64,000 bases of DNA from assembly GCA_964016885.1 (NCBI GenBank), contig OZ024740.1:40734001-40798000 (forward strand), given 5' to 3'. The notes under the pieces were generated by a model. That model made no database searches, was not told the DNA's origin, and was given only the letters and a program-made list of their open reading frames with translations. The translations under genes and the position numbers were made by a program. Source of the DNA: Eledone cirrhosa (taxonomy: Eukaryota). The first letter of the stretch is position 1. The number at the start of each line of letters is the position of its first letter. Shown piece after piece: positions 40,801 to 54,000 of the stretch.

Positions 40801-43800
40801 CCTATCCACAAGAAACAAAATGCCAACTACAGAATGAATAAGAAATACTAAATAAATACTAAAAATTAAAAACTGCTTATATTTAAAGACATTGCCGCCC
40901 AGCTCTCATTTTGACAGCCCCACTGATAGAATTAGGACAGTCTTATATTTAAAGACATTGCTGCTCAGCTCTCATTTTGACAGCTCTACTGATAGAATTA
41001 GGATTGTCGAATATTTAAAGACATTGCCGCCCAGCTCTCATTTTGACAGCCCCACTGATAGAATTAGGACAGTCTTATATCTAAAGACATTGCTGCTCAG
41101 CTCTCATTTTGACAGCTCTACTGATAGAATTAGGATTGTCGAATATTTAAAGACATTGCCGCCCAGCTCTCATTTTGACAGCCCCACTGATAGAATTAGG
41201 ACAGTCTTATATTTAAAGACATTGCTGCTCAGCTCTCATTTTGACAGCTCTACTGATAGAATTAGGATTGTCGAATATTTAAAGACATTGCCGCCCAGCT
41301 CTCATTTTGACAGCCCCACTGATAGAATTAGGACAGTCTTATATTTAAAGACATTGCTGCTCAGCTCTCATTTTGACAGCCCCACTGATAGAATTAGGAC
41401 AGTCTTATATTTAAAGACATTGCCGCCCAGCTCTCATTTTGACAGCCCCACTGATAGAATTAGGACAGTCTTATATTTAAAGACATTGCTGCTCAGCTCT
41501 CATTTTGACAGCCCCACTGATAGAATTAGGACAGTCTTATATTTAAAGACATTGCCGCCCAGCTCTCATTTTGACAGCTCTACTGATACAATTAGGACAG
41601 TCTTATATTTAAAGACATTGCCGCCCAACTCTCGTTGTGATAGCTCCACTGATAGAATTAGGACAGTCTTATATTTAAAGACATTGCTGCTCAGCTCTCA
41701 TTTTGACAGCCCCACTGATAGAATTAGGACAGTCTTATATTTAAAGACATTGCCGCCAAGCTCTCGTTGTGATAGCTCCACTGATAGAATTAGGACAGTC
41801 TTATATTTAAAGACATTGCTGCTCAGCTCTCATTTTGACAGCTCTACTGATACAATTAGGACAGTCTTATATTTAAAGACATTGCCGCCCAACTCTCGTT
41901 GTGATAGCTCCACTGATAGAATTAGGACAGTCTTATATTTAAAGACATTGCTGCTCAGCTCTCATTTTGACAGCCCCACTGATAGAATTAGGACAGTCTT
42001 ATATTTAAAGACATTGCCGCCCAGCTCTCGTTGTGATAGCTCCACTGCTAGAATTAGGACAGTCTTATATTTAAAGACATTGCCGCCCAACTCTCGTTGT
42101 GATAGCTCCACTGATAGAATTAGGACAGTCTTATATTTAAAGACATTGCTGCTCAGCTCTCATTTTGACAGCTCTACTGATACAATTAGGACAGTCTTAT
42201 ATTTAAAGACATTGCCGCCCAGCTCTCATTTTGACAGCTCCACTGATAGAATTAGGACAGTCTTATATTTAAAGACATTATCGCCCAGCTCTCATTTTGA
42301 CAGCTCTACTGATAGAATTAGGACAGTCTTATATTTAAAGACATTGCTGCTCAGCTCTCATTTTGACAGCTCTACTGATACAATTAGGACAGTCTTATAT
42401 TTAAAGACATTGCCGCCCAGCTCTCATTTTGACAGCTCCACTGATAGAATTAGGACAGTCTTATATTTAAAGACATTATCGCCCAGCTCTCATTTTGACA
42501 GCTCTACTGATAGAATTAGGACAGTCTTATATTTAAAGACATTGCCGCCCAGCTCTCATTTTGACAGCTCCACTGATAGAATTAGGACAGTCTTATATTT
42601 AAAGACATTGCTGCTCAGCTCTCATTTTGACAGCCCCACTGATAGAATTAGGACAGTCTTATATTTAAAGACAATGCCGCCCAGCTCTCGTTGTGATAGC
42701 TCTACTGATAGAATTAGGACAGTCTTATATTTAAAGACAATGCCGCCCAGCTCTCATTTTGACAGCTCTACTGATAGAATTAGGACAGTCTTATATTTAA
42801 AGACAATGCCGCCCAGCTCTCGTTGTGATAGCTCCACTGATAGAATTAAGACAGTCTTATATTTAAAGACATTGCTGCTCAGCTCTCATTTTGACAGCCC
42901 CACTGATAGAATTAGGACAGTCTTATATTTAAAGACATTGCTGCCCAGCTCTCATTTTGACAGCCCCACTGATAGAATTAGGACAGTCTTATATTTAAAG
43001 ACATTGCCGCCCAGCTCTCATTTTGACAGCTCTACTGATAGAATTAGGACAGTCTTATATTTAAAGACATTGCCGCCCAGCTCTCATTTTCACAGCTCCA
43101 CTGATAGAATTAGGACAGTCTTATATTTAAAGACATTGCCGCCTAGCTCTTATTTTGACAGCTCTACTGATAGAATTAGGACAGTCTTATATTTAAAGAC
43201 ATTGCCGCCCAGCTCTCATTTTGACAGCTCTACTGATAGAATTAGGACAGTCTTATATTTAAAGACATTGCTGCTCAGCTCTCATTTTGACAGCTCTACT
43301 GATAGAATTAGGATTGTCGAATATTTAAAGACACTGACACTTTTAAATTAACATATTAATTATGTATAATAAATTTTAAATTATTTGTTCTTAAAAATCT
43401 TTTCTGTTATGCATATATAAATCATTTAAATTAGATGTCTAACCTTTGACCAATTATAAACCAATTTTCCCATAAAAGTCACTCTTTGGCCAATGCATTC
43501 ATTAGTCTGAAATAATAATAAAATTCAAAATACAATTACAATATAATCAAGATAAAATTACAATTAAAAAAAAAGTAAGAGTTTAAATTTCTGAGTTGTT
43601 TTTAATGCACAACAGCTTAATGTCTAGAGCATTGGGCTTTCAAACATGAGGTTGTAAGTTTGATTCCCAAACTGGATGGTGCATTGTGTCCTTGAGCAAG
43701 ACACTTTATTTCACATACTCCAGTTCACTCAGCTGTAGAAATGAGTTCCAACATCACTAGTGCCAAGCTATATTGGCCTTTGCTTTTTCCTTGAATAACA

Positions 43801-45560
43801 TTGGTGGCATGGAGAGGGGAGACTGGTATGCATAGGCGACCACTGGTCTTCTACAAAACATCTTGCCTAGGTTTGTGCTTTGAAGTGGAACTTTCCAGGT
43901 GCAAATCTCATGGTCATTTATGACCGAAAGGGGTGTTTATCCTTTTTAGTACATCTGAGAGGTTAGTAGTTCCACTTGAGTACTGTCTTGGTCTGTAAAG
44001 GTGTATCCAACCAACCCTTGCCAGCAGGGAAGACAAACATAAATGATGATGATGATGATGAGGGGGGGGGGGGTGACAGAGTCCTTATTCTGTTGATAGT
44101 AACTAACCAATGAGAAAAGAAAATTAAATATAAATGATTCAGTTATTGAAACTTTCCAGTCCGATCGAACTGATGTATGATTAGAAGGAGTATAATTATG
44201 ACTATCCTGTCTTTTTAGAAGTATCTAGGATCATATTATCCAATATGTCTGACCTTTAAGCCAATGGGATATGATTTGATATAGATTTCATTATTTCTAG
44301 CAGTTCCAGTGATCACATATAGGCTACCTTGTTGGTTCATTTTCAATTGTTTATTTAGACATGTCAAATGGCTCAAAAAAATATATTAAGAACAGATAAA
44401 TATTTAATTAATAGCAATAAAACAAACAATAAGTGGTCAGTTTTAATAAACATAGTGATTAGTTTTGTAAAATTGGTATAACAACAACATACCTTTTGTT
44501 GGAAACTTTTTAGTGTAATTAAATCAAGTTTTGATATGGGCCAAGGTGTGGTGACTGGAGCGGGTAAGAACCCTGACCTTGTTACTGAAGTCTCCTTTGG
44601 GCCAATTTCATAACAAAATCCTGGAGTGTTCTGAAAACAATTGATTGAATATATTGATTTTGGTATATATGACATATACACCGACAAACACAGGAACCTG
44701 AAAGTGTTGAAAACCATGTTAATATATGGGGTCAACATATCTATATTGGTGTGGGTCAACATCTCTATATTGGTATGGGTCAACATCTCTATATTGGTGT
44801 GGTTCAACATTTCTATATTGGTGTGGGTCAACATCTCTATATTAGTGTGGGTCAACATCTCTATATTGGTGTGGGTCAACATCTCTATATTAGTGTGGGT
44901 CAACATCTCTATATTGGTGTGGGTCAACATCTCTATATTGGTGTGGGTCAACATCTCTATATTGGTGTGGGTCAACATCTCTATATTGGACTGGGTCAAC
45001 ATCTCTATTGTGGTATTGGTCAATACCCTTATTGTGGTGTGGGACATCCCTATAGTGGTATGGATCGTTATCTCTATTGTGGTGTAAGTCAACACCACTA
45101 TTATGGTGTGGGTCAACAGCTACAGTGGTGTGGGTCAACAGCTATAGTGGTGGGGGTCAACATTTCTATAGTGGTGGGTGTCAACAGCTATAGTGGTGGG
45201 GTCAACAGCTATAGTGGTGTGGGTCAACAGCTATAGTGGTGTGGGTCAACAGCTATAGTGGTGTGGGTCAACAGATATAGTAGTGGGGGTCAACAACTAT
45301 AGTGGTGAGGCTCAACAGCTATAGTGGTGTGGGTCAACAGCTATAGTGTTGTGTCAACATTTATATAGTGGTGTGGGTTAATAAAGATGGTAGGGGTCAG
45401 CACCATTTTAAAGGAATACAAAGTGGTGACAGGAGCAACAATTAATCCAGATAAATCAGCATGTGGAGAGAAGACCAGTTAAGGTGCTTGGGGTAGGGTC
45501 AGCATGTAGAGAGAGAGGGAGGATCAGTTAAGGTTCTTGGGATGGGGTCAGTATGAGAAG

Positions 45561-45630
<70 letters not shown>

Positions 45631-48600
45631 CATTTACTCATTTATCCTTGTTTCAATAATATGTATTCTATAACACAATTTATTGTAATTTACTCATGAA
45701 ATACAATAAAATAGAAAAAATGGAATTTATCAAAAGTGAAATGGAAAAAGGGGAATTTACAAAAAGTAATAATGGAACTAAGGAAAATTGAAATGGAAAA
45801 TGTATCCCCCTACATTTTGTACTAATTCACATATCACACTTACTATCATATCATATGAGTATTCATTTTAATGAAGAAAAATAAATAAATAGCAGCCTAT
45901 CGGCTGTATTGCAGATCAGCATTACAATTGATGAAAATCATGCTCCCCCATCTTATTTTTGCCTCTTCCCCAAGTCTTTTGAATCCTTGAGTTTGACACC
46001 CCTGAATTTGATGGATTATAGTAACAGGATATAAATTCTTAACTTTTCCATTGGTTGTATAGACAACTTCCATCCATATTCTTGCTATATGTCATAGGAT
46101 GTACATTCAACAAAATATATATAGGGCTAAATTAGAAGTAACAAACTGTCTTACTCTAGCAACAGAAGCAACTTGAGTTTCCTGATTTACTGTACAAACT
46201 ACATCTTCATTTCCTGTTTCTGTAGGAATCTCTGGACAAACCCATGCTATATCAATAATTGAAAAAAGATCTGGGTCTCTGAAAAACAAAATATATAGTG
46301 AGTTATATATATAGTAATGGATTTATGTAGGCTTTTTACTTGGTTATGAGTTTCAGATTTTTGTTGGTTAGATATGAGTTTGTTAGTTGATGGTTTTTGT
46401 TGTAATGACGTTGTTTTATTGTGTTAAACAGTGTGTTTCTTGTAACTGAGTATGTGTATTTTGTATTGTGTGACTTAGGTAATTTATTGTAACTCCAGGA
46501 TTTTGTTGTTTAGACAAAATATTCTGGTAAATGATTTTGGCTGTAAAATGTGTTTTGGTTGTAGTAGCTGAGTAACTGTATGGTGTGTTTTGGGTGGTTT
46601 CAGTTTGTTGTAATTCATGTAACTTGTTGGGTATGTATGTACTCATAACTCCTGGTAGAGTCGTAGGGGTGCTGTAGTGATAAACAGCGTTTCTTAGGCA
46701 TTTAATTTAAATATGACGGAGCCAATCCCCTCTCCAGATCTGAATACGACCAATTTCTTCCAGAGTAAGGAAAGAAAGTGATAGAGAGGAAATAAAAAAT
46801 AAGATATAGATGAAGAATTGACTCCTGTACTAGACTGAGATTTTTTTTATTGATGTCAAAAGGATGAAAGCCAAAGTTGACCTGACCCTGGTGGGATTTG
46901 AACTTAGAGTACAGAGAACTAGAATGAATATTGCAAAGTATTCTATCTGACATTTTAATGACTCTGCCAATTTGTTGCCTTGTTAATGAGTAGAGTTATG
47001 TAAAGAAGGAAAAAATATGTGTGTGTAATGAAGAAGAGTTGTGGAAGAATGAAGTTTGACAAGCTGAGTGTGAGTTGTGAATTTTGGCACTTGTAAGACA
47101 TTGATCTTTTAAGGAAATCGTATTTTGGGCTTAGAGATAAAATATTATTTCATTATTAATTAAATAATTGTTTCCACTTTTGGCACAAGGCCAACAATTA
47201 TCCCAGTGTATTACTGGTACTTTATTTTATCGACCCCATAGGGATGAAAGGCAAAGTTAACCTCGGCAGGATTTAAACTGGGACCGTAACTCTATGCTGC
47301 AAAGCATATTGTCCGACCCTCTACCGATACTGCAAATCCACCGCCCTTTATCAATAAAATAATGAAATACAAATTTAACTAATCAAACATTTAAAGAGTT
47401 AATATGGTTCTCTTAACCTGTGTCTGTTAGCTCGGCTAAGCACACGCATGCCATAAATATTCCATGTAGAATTGTCAGCAAAGTAATCAGGAACAATTTG
47501 ATTTCCTTGATCAAAATTATTCTCTCTTGGTAGGTGAACCAAACATACAGTGCCTTGAGTATCTTCAACTAAGACAGACCAACTGAAATATTATTATTTA
47601 AATATTAATTTCAAATATCAGATTGTTACTTGAAATGTAATTTCAATAAGTTTAGTCTTCACAGTTTCAATTAACATTTCATTATTAAAATTAAAATAGA
47701 GAAGAATATTTGATTCATTGTATATAAGGATATATACATAGCTTGGTTTCTATGGCAGGGCACTCCTCTTACCAACCACATTGCAGTGTACTGGGAACCT
47801 TTTTTTGTAGTACCACCACTACAACCGAAGACACACATACATATTTATATATATGTGTGTGTTATGTTGTAGTGGTTGTACTACACATACACACACACAC
47901 ACACACACATATCATCATCATCATCATCATCACTGTTTTACGTCCATTTTCTACACTAATATATATGTATATGTGTGTGTGCTCGGTTGTAGTGGTGGTA
48001 CTACAAAAAGTTCTCAATACACACTGCAATATGGTTGGTGTTAGGAGGGGCATCCAGCTGTAGAAACCAAGTTAGAAATAGTTTTGTATGAGCTACACAT
48101 GGTCACCTGACCTGAATCGTCTAACTTGATGATGATGATGCTGATGATATATCATCATCATCATCGTTTAACGTCCATCTTCCACGCTTGCATGGGTTTG
48201 GATGGGAGGTTTCCCACTTGAGGCAAGATTTGTTGTCCTGCTCGTATAGGACTGTCTGGCGGGTTTTCTACGGCTGGATGCCCTTCCTAACACCAACCAC
48301 GTTTACAGTGTAGACTGGGAGGTTTTTACCGTGTTACCTACACGGCCACATTACAGCGTGGACTGTGTGTTTTTTTGTCGTGACATCTACACAACCTCAT
48401 TTGTTTCGGACTGGATGTTGTGGTACCAACATAATTTCACATTTAAGGGGGTGGTGTGGATGGGGTGGGGTTAGTGGGACGGGGGGGTTATTTTGTTAGA
48501 GGTGCCTACTGACTCTAGGTTTCGCTTTGTACTTAGGCAAGGCGGGTCTTCTGTATGACTGTGTAACGCCAAAGATCTCGGTCCAGTGACATTGTCTTGG

Positions 48601-50983
48601 AGAGGTGTAAGTGTGTGAGGTCGGAATTTATCAAGTCGTCCCAGGTTTTTCTGGGTCTGCCTACTCCGTGGCTACTGTCTATTTTTATCGCCTTGCACTT
48701 TTTTATACAGCTGTCGTCTTTCATGCACATATATATATATATGTGTGTAAACAAATTGTTTGAAAACTCCCTAAAATATAGGAACAGAGCAATTTTTTCT
48801 TATGTTATAACTTGAAACAATGTTATAAATCTATCAAGTATTTTTATTAGTTCAGCATGTTACATCATACTTTTCATTAACTCAAATCTGTCATGGTTGT
48901 AACCAACATCATTTAACATCTGCTTTCCATGCTGGCATAGTTTGGACAAGTTCTCATGGTCTGAGACAGGATGGCGAGAACAAATCTTGCTCATATGTTC
49001 CATATTTGGCTTGGTTTCTACAACTGGATGCCCTTCCTAATGTCAACTACTTTACAGAGTGTACTGGCTACACTTTATTGTAGCACCAACACTACTGCTT
49101 TACAGTGTGTATGAGGTACCTCTTATCAAGGCCCTAGTACTCACAGTTTACAGAGTGTACTGGGTGTATTTTATCATGGCACCAACACTAGAGAAGTTAC
49201 CACTAGAGAAGTTGCTCCAAGACAGGTTACCACTAGAGAGATTGCCCCTAGACAGGTTGCCACTAAAGAGGTTACCACAAGACAAATTGCAACTTGAGAA
49301 GTTGCCACTAGAGAGGTTGCCACTAAACAAGTTGCCCCTAAAGAATGCTACTAAAAAAGTTGCCACAAGACAAATTGCCCTAAGACAGGTTGCCACTAGA
49401 GATTACCACTAAACAGGTTGCAATATATACTGATTATTTATTTAGAAGTTTAGAACATATATTTCTTTCATAAGTACACAATTTCTGAATAATCTCTGAA
49501 ACAAACCATGTTAAATTTTCTTGTTTGCCATCATCATTTGAAGACATTTCATAGTTGGAGAAAAACACACGTAATACTATTGCCTGAAAACACATGCCAT
49601 GTTGAGGAAGATTTGGGTTTCCCTGAATGCTGTCTAATATTGTATTATTGCTGTCAATATGTATTCCTTTGGAAGTTATTGTAACTGTAGTTAAAGTAGA
49701 CTCTGAAGTGGTGATTTCTTTGGTAGAAGGTGGCCGAGATTTAGAAGTCTGCAATAAATATACATATCAGGAACATATAACAAATATATATTTTATTCAT
49801 ATTTGCATAAATAACATTACAAATCGGTTGCAATTCTTTCAGAATGAAAATATAAACAGAGCATATAAATAAATTTACAGTAGAATAACAACAAATATGT
49901 TTTAAATATATATATATATATAAATAACATTACAAATGCTTAGATAACATTATAAATTACTCGCGATTTATTCAGAAAGATATATTCTTTTAATGTTGCA
50001 ATATTAAAGAAAATGTAAAGGAAGGGGTGAACAACCGAGCCAACACCAGAGCAAAAGACAGCAACGTCGCGAGGAGTACTGGGCAACCTCTCTAATGATT
50101 TTTGAGGCAAGCCAGCACACTCGCAGTATTGCCTGGGTGATGGCGAGGCTAATGCGCTGGAACAGCCAAGCGCCTTCGCGAGATTCGCCAGTTACCTCTA
50201 TTAGGCGAGCCGCCAGTGAAGAGAGGAACCTCGCAGTCAGCGGCCCGACTCCCCCAAACGTCTCGAAAGCCACAGGCTGAAAAATGTAGCTGGCCGACAG
50301 ATCAGAGTATTTGAGGGTCTTACTCTGCTCGGCTGCGGGAGCTGTGGCTCTTGTCCTAACCGCAGCATCCAGGATGTGGGAAAGAGCAAAGGAGTCACTA
50401 ACAGTGACGTCCCAGACAAGGAACCTGCCTCTCATACCAGGGGCACAGGGTAAGGCCGTCAGGTCTTTTGCCTGTATTGAATTGTTCTAGAAGAAATGAT
50501 AATTCATTTTTTATCTTGGTATCTTGGTAGATGGACATGTGGTATGGTGTGAGGAAGGAAGAGGGTTGAATGGACATGTGAGAAGGAATCTGGATGGTTT
50601 TGAAGAAGTCTATGAGGGATGCAGGTGTGGTGTGAGGAAGGAAGATGATTAAAGGAATTTGGGGTTTACTGATAGAGATGATATAACATTCAATTCCAGA
50701 AAACAAACCCGTTACATAGACATCAGGTGAGTCATCATCAACTGTCATCTGCCTGATGGTATGTGGGCAAGATAGGAAGCATCTTTATAATATGAAGATA
50801 ATTCTAGGGAAGAAGATTGTTACACAACACTATTTAGTTATCTGTGACCTGAAGATGAAAGAGAGGAGGAGAGCTCAGCAAAGGAAATATCAACCAAGAC
50901 TGAAGGTGTGAAGGTTAATAGAAGCAACAGTGAGGAAGAAGGCTCTCACAGAGAAACTGAGTGTTTAAGAGAGAGGGGGGGGG

Positions 50984-51059
<76 letters not shown>

Positions 51060-54000
51060 GTGATAGGGGTGAACTACGTGAAAAATGAAGTGGGAAAAAC
51101 TGTTGACAGATGGAATTAAGGAAAGGTAGAAGATATTGTTAGATGTGAAGATAAATGGGATGGTAAAATAGAGAGCAACCGAGTTCTCAGCCTGGCAGAG
51201 TAGATAGTTGAGGAAACATTGAGAAAGCTGGAGAGTGGAAGGGCAGGAGGGCCGATAGGAGTTGTGGAAGATATATTAATATATTAAAGGTAAAAAGAAG
51301 TTAGTGCGGTGGGTTTGCAGATGGTAGGGAAAAATGGAAAAGCTTGTGATGGGGCTTGCAAAGCTAAACTGTGCTTTAGCAATGACCTTAATATGCTTGT
51401 TGTTTTTATATCATTCTTTTATCATCTTTTGTTTAAGATAGTTTTACAATAATGTTTAACGCAGCATTGCAAGTAAACCAAGTAGAAGAGACTGGGTGTA
51501 CTTTTAAGGGATTTGTGATTTTTAAACTTATTTAAAATGGCACCAAGATTATAACTGGAATTAACAATATAAAACTGTAATAATATCATTTGAAGTTAAA
51601 GATATAAAACTGCAACAATATCAAATATAATAATTGTTTCTACTTTTGGCACAAGGCCTGCAATTTGAAGGGAAAGGGACAGTTGAATAGATCGACTCCA
51701 GTGCATTACTGGTACCTTATTTTATCAACCTCAAAAAGACGAAAGGCAAAATAAGGTCGTCAGGATTTGAACTCAGAATGTAAAAGGACGTAACTATATG
51801 CCACAAAGCATGTTATACAATGCTCTACTGATACTGTCAATCCCCTCTGTTAATATCATATGTACTAATACTTCAATTAACCCTTTAGCATTTACATTAT
51901 TCTATATATACTATTGTATTTGCACAGTAAAGGATTTACCGCATATAATTATCTCACATAATATTGAATCTATGAGATTTTGATATTATTTATTTTGTGA
52001 ACAATACCTCAATGTCAGCATGAGGGGCTGGTTACGGCCGGTTTGAACAGAAAAAGGTGAGAGAATTCTGGCCGGATATGGCTGGTTTAAATGCTAAAGG
52101 GTTAATGTATCTAACAAGTTTTCAAAAGCAACAAAGTTGTTGACCAGAAATAATATTAATTCAAATATATGGCAATAGAAAAATAAAACATTATATGGTA
52201 TAAGTTTTATAAAATGTATATATAAAATGTCATCCTTACTCCATAACTAACTTTTAAAAATAAAATCAATAATAATCTATGAATTATTCTCAGCAGAGTT
52301 GTTCTGCTAGAGAATGAGTCACAGGTGGCAGATAGTGATAGAACCACCAGCTATGATGATTAGTTCTGATATAAACTATAGATTGGGCCACAGGTGGCAG
52401 ATAGCGATTCATCCACCAGATATGATAGTTAGTTGTGATATTAGTGAGCTATAGATTGGGTCACAGGTGGCAGATAGCAATACACCCACTGGATATGATG
52501 GTTAGTTGTGATTTAATTGACCTCCTGACAGGCAAATTGAATAATGATTATAAATTATTTCTATATATGAAGGCTGAATAGTTTAGATGAAGAATTATTG
52601 TCATATCTTATAAATCATGACTAAAATCTTCCACTTAAGGAGTCCTATCTACTAAAACTAAAACACAACTCACAGTCTTTCTCATTATTAAGTTGGTGTG
52701 TGGAACATGACTTAACAAAAGTTCTCACATAAATTTGTTATAGAATGTTTTCAGATAAATATATTCAGTTTAAAACAAACTGTTTTGTATCAATCATAAA
52801 ACCAAGGACAATTCCAGGTGGTTTGGTATCATCATCACTTAACAAATATATTCTTATAGATTACTTACAAAAAGTGCTGGACACTTAGTTAGGCTGGGAC
52901 AAGCATGAGCAGGACATTGTTTCAACAAAGCAGCTGTAAGAATCAATTAAATAAAACAATATTTAATGGTTAATAAAAGAAATTTAATAAATATCACCTT
53001 CGAGTGAAAAAATACAAGTAACATTATAGCAATTCAAGAGAAACAGCAACAAAAATAAAATATGAAGTATTTTTACAAAGGAATGCTGTATATTCTCTTC
53101 AATAACCATGTTCATTTTGTTCCAACATATGGATAAAATTTCTTGAAAACAAATCAAATCTGAGTCTTGGCACTTACTTGAATACATCATTTTCATCTAC
53201 AACTGCAATGATGTACAGGTAAGGAATTAATGCTCCAAAAGAGTAAAAGTAATGCTGAACTTCCACAAAAGATAGCCTTAGGCATCTAATGTGGATGGGG
53301 AATTAATTCACTTCTTCATTACCATCACCATCATTTACTATCACCACCAACAACAGTTTTAGTTTTATCTAATCATTGTTTACACCTCTCAAAGGCAATG
53401 ACACACGACCATGACCTCTGGCGTCACGCAGTAATACAGAGTACCCGACATCCCATGGGTACAAGCTGAAGCATATAGACAATATGCCCCCACACCCCCC
53501 ACCGCAAGGTGGTCGTGGAGGTGCCACGGCAAAAAAGCACCCAGCCCACACTGTAAAGTGGACGTGTAGGCGCCACGAAAAAGCACCCAGCACTCACTGT
53601 AAATGAGGTTGGTGTTAGAAAGGGCATCCAGCTGTAGAAATCAAGCCAAATCAGTTCCTGTATGAGCAAGGCATGGTCAGCCGACCAGACACTGCTCACA
53701 ACAGGACAACCCGTCTAACCCATGCTAGTGTGGAAGAACGGACGTAAAACGGTGATGATGATGTTCGACCATACAGTAAACATACATATTGCAAATATAC
53801 ATAGACATTAGCAAGGGTTATACATATACATACATATTTAACTAAGGTCCTTATAAGTAGACGAGAAAACAGAACCCAGATCCCCTCAGGGAAATGGCCT
53901 TGCTCAGTATGTAGGAAAGGTGTAGGTAGGAACTCCATTCTTTGCCCCAAATGCAAACAATGGGTACACAAGAGATGTAGCGGGATCTCAGGAAGCTTAA

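Noticed and set aside
1-43335. CRISPR-like arrays (41-bp and 66-bp periodicity)
   Set aside because: Whole units repeat with no unique spacers, there are no cas genes, and the context is eukaryotic.
44373-45236. ORFs with THTNIEML / VWVNISIL / GQHLYIGV repeats
   Set aside because: Translations of the 24-bp minisatellite; only 44,493-44,630 is a real exon. The AG at 44,698 gives the wrong phase.
45405-45460. SGLIVAPVTT on the minus strand resembling exon peptide SGFLPAPVTT, as a duplicated alternative exon
   Set aside because: There is an in-frame stop just upstream with no AG acceptor in between; the short match may be chance.
45637-45666. 30-bp candidate micro-exon
   Set aside because: It has a stop in the required phase-0 frame.
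49059-49412. LEKLP pentapeptide or leucine-rich repeat protein
   Set aside because: A 15-bp tandem repeat grown from a retroelement UTR inside an intron.
53178-53202. 25-bp candidate micro-exon with strong GTAAGT donor
   Set aside because: Phase 1 to 2 does not fit; exon 52,869-52,933 already bridges the frame.
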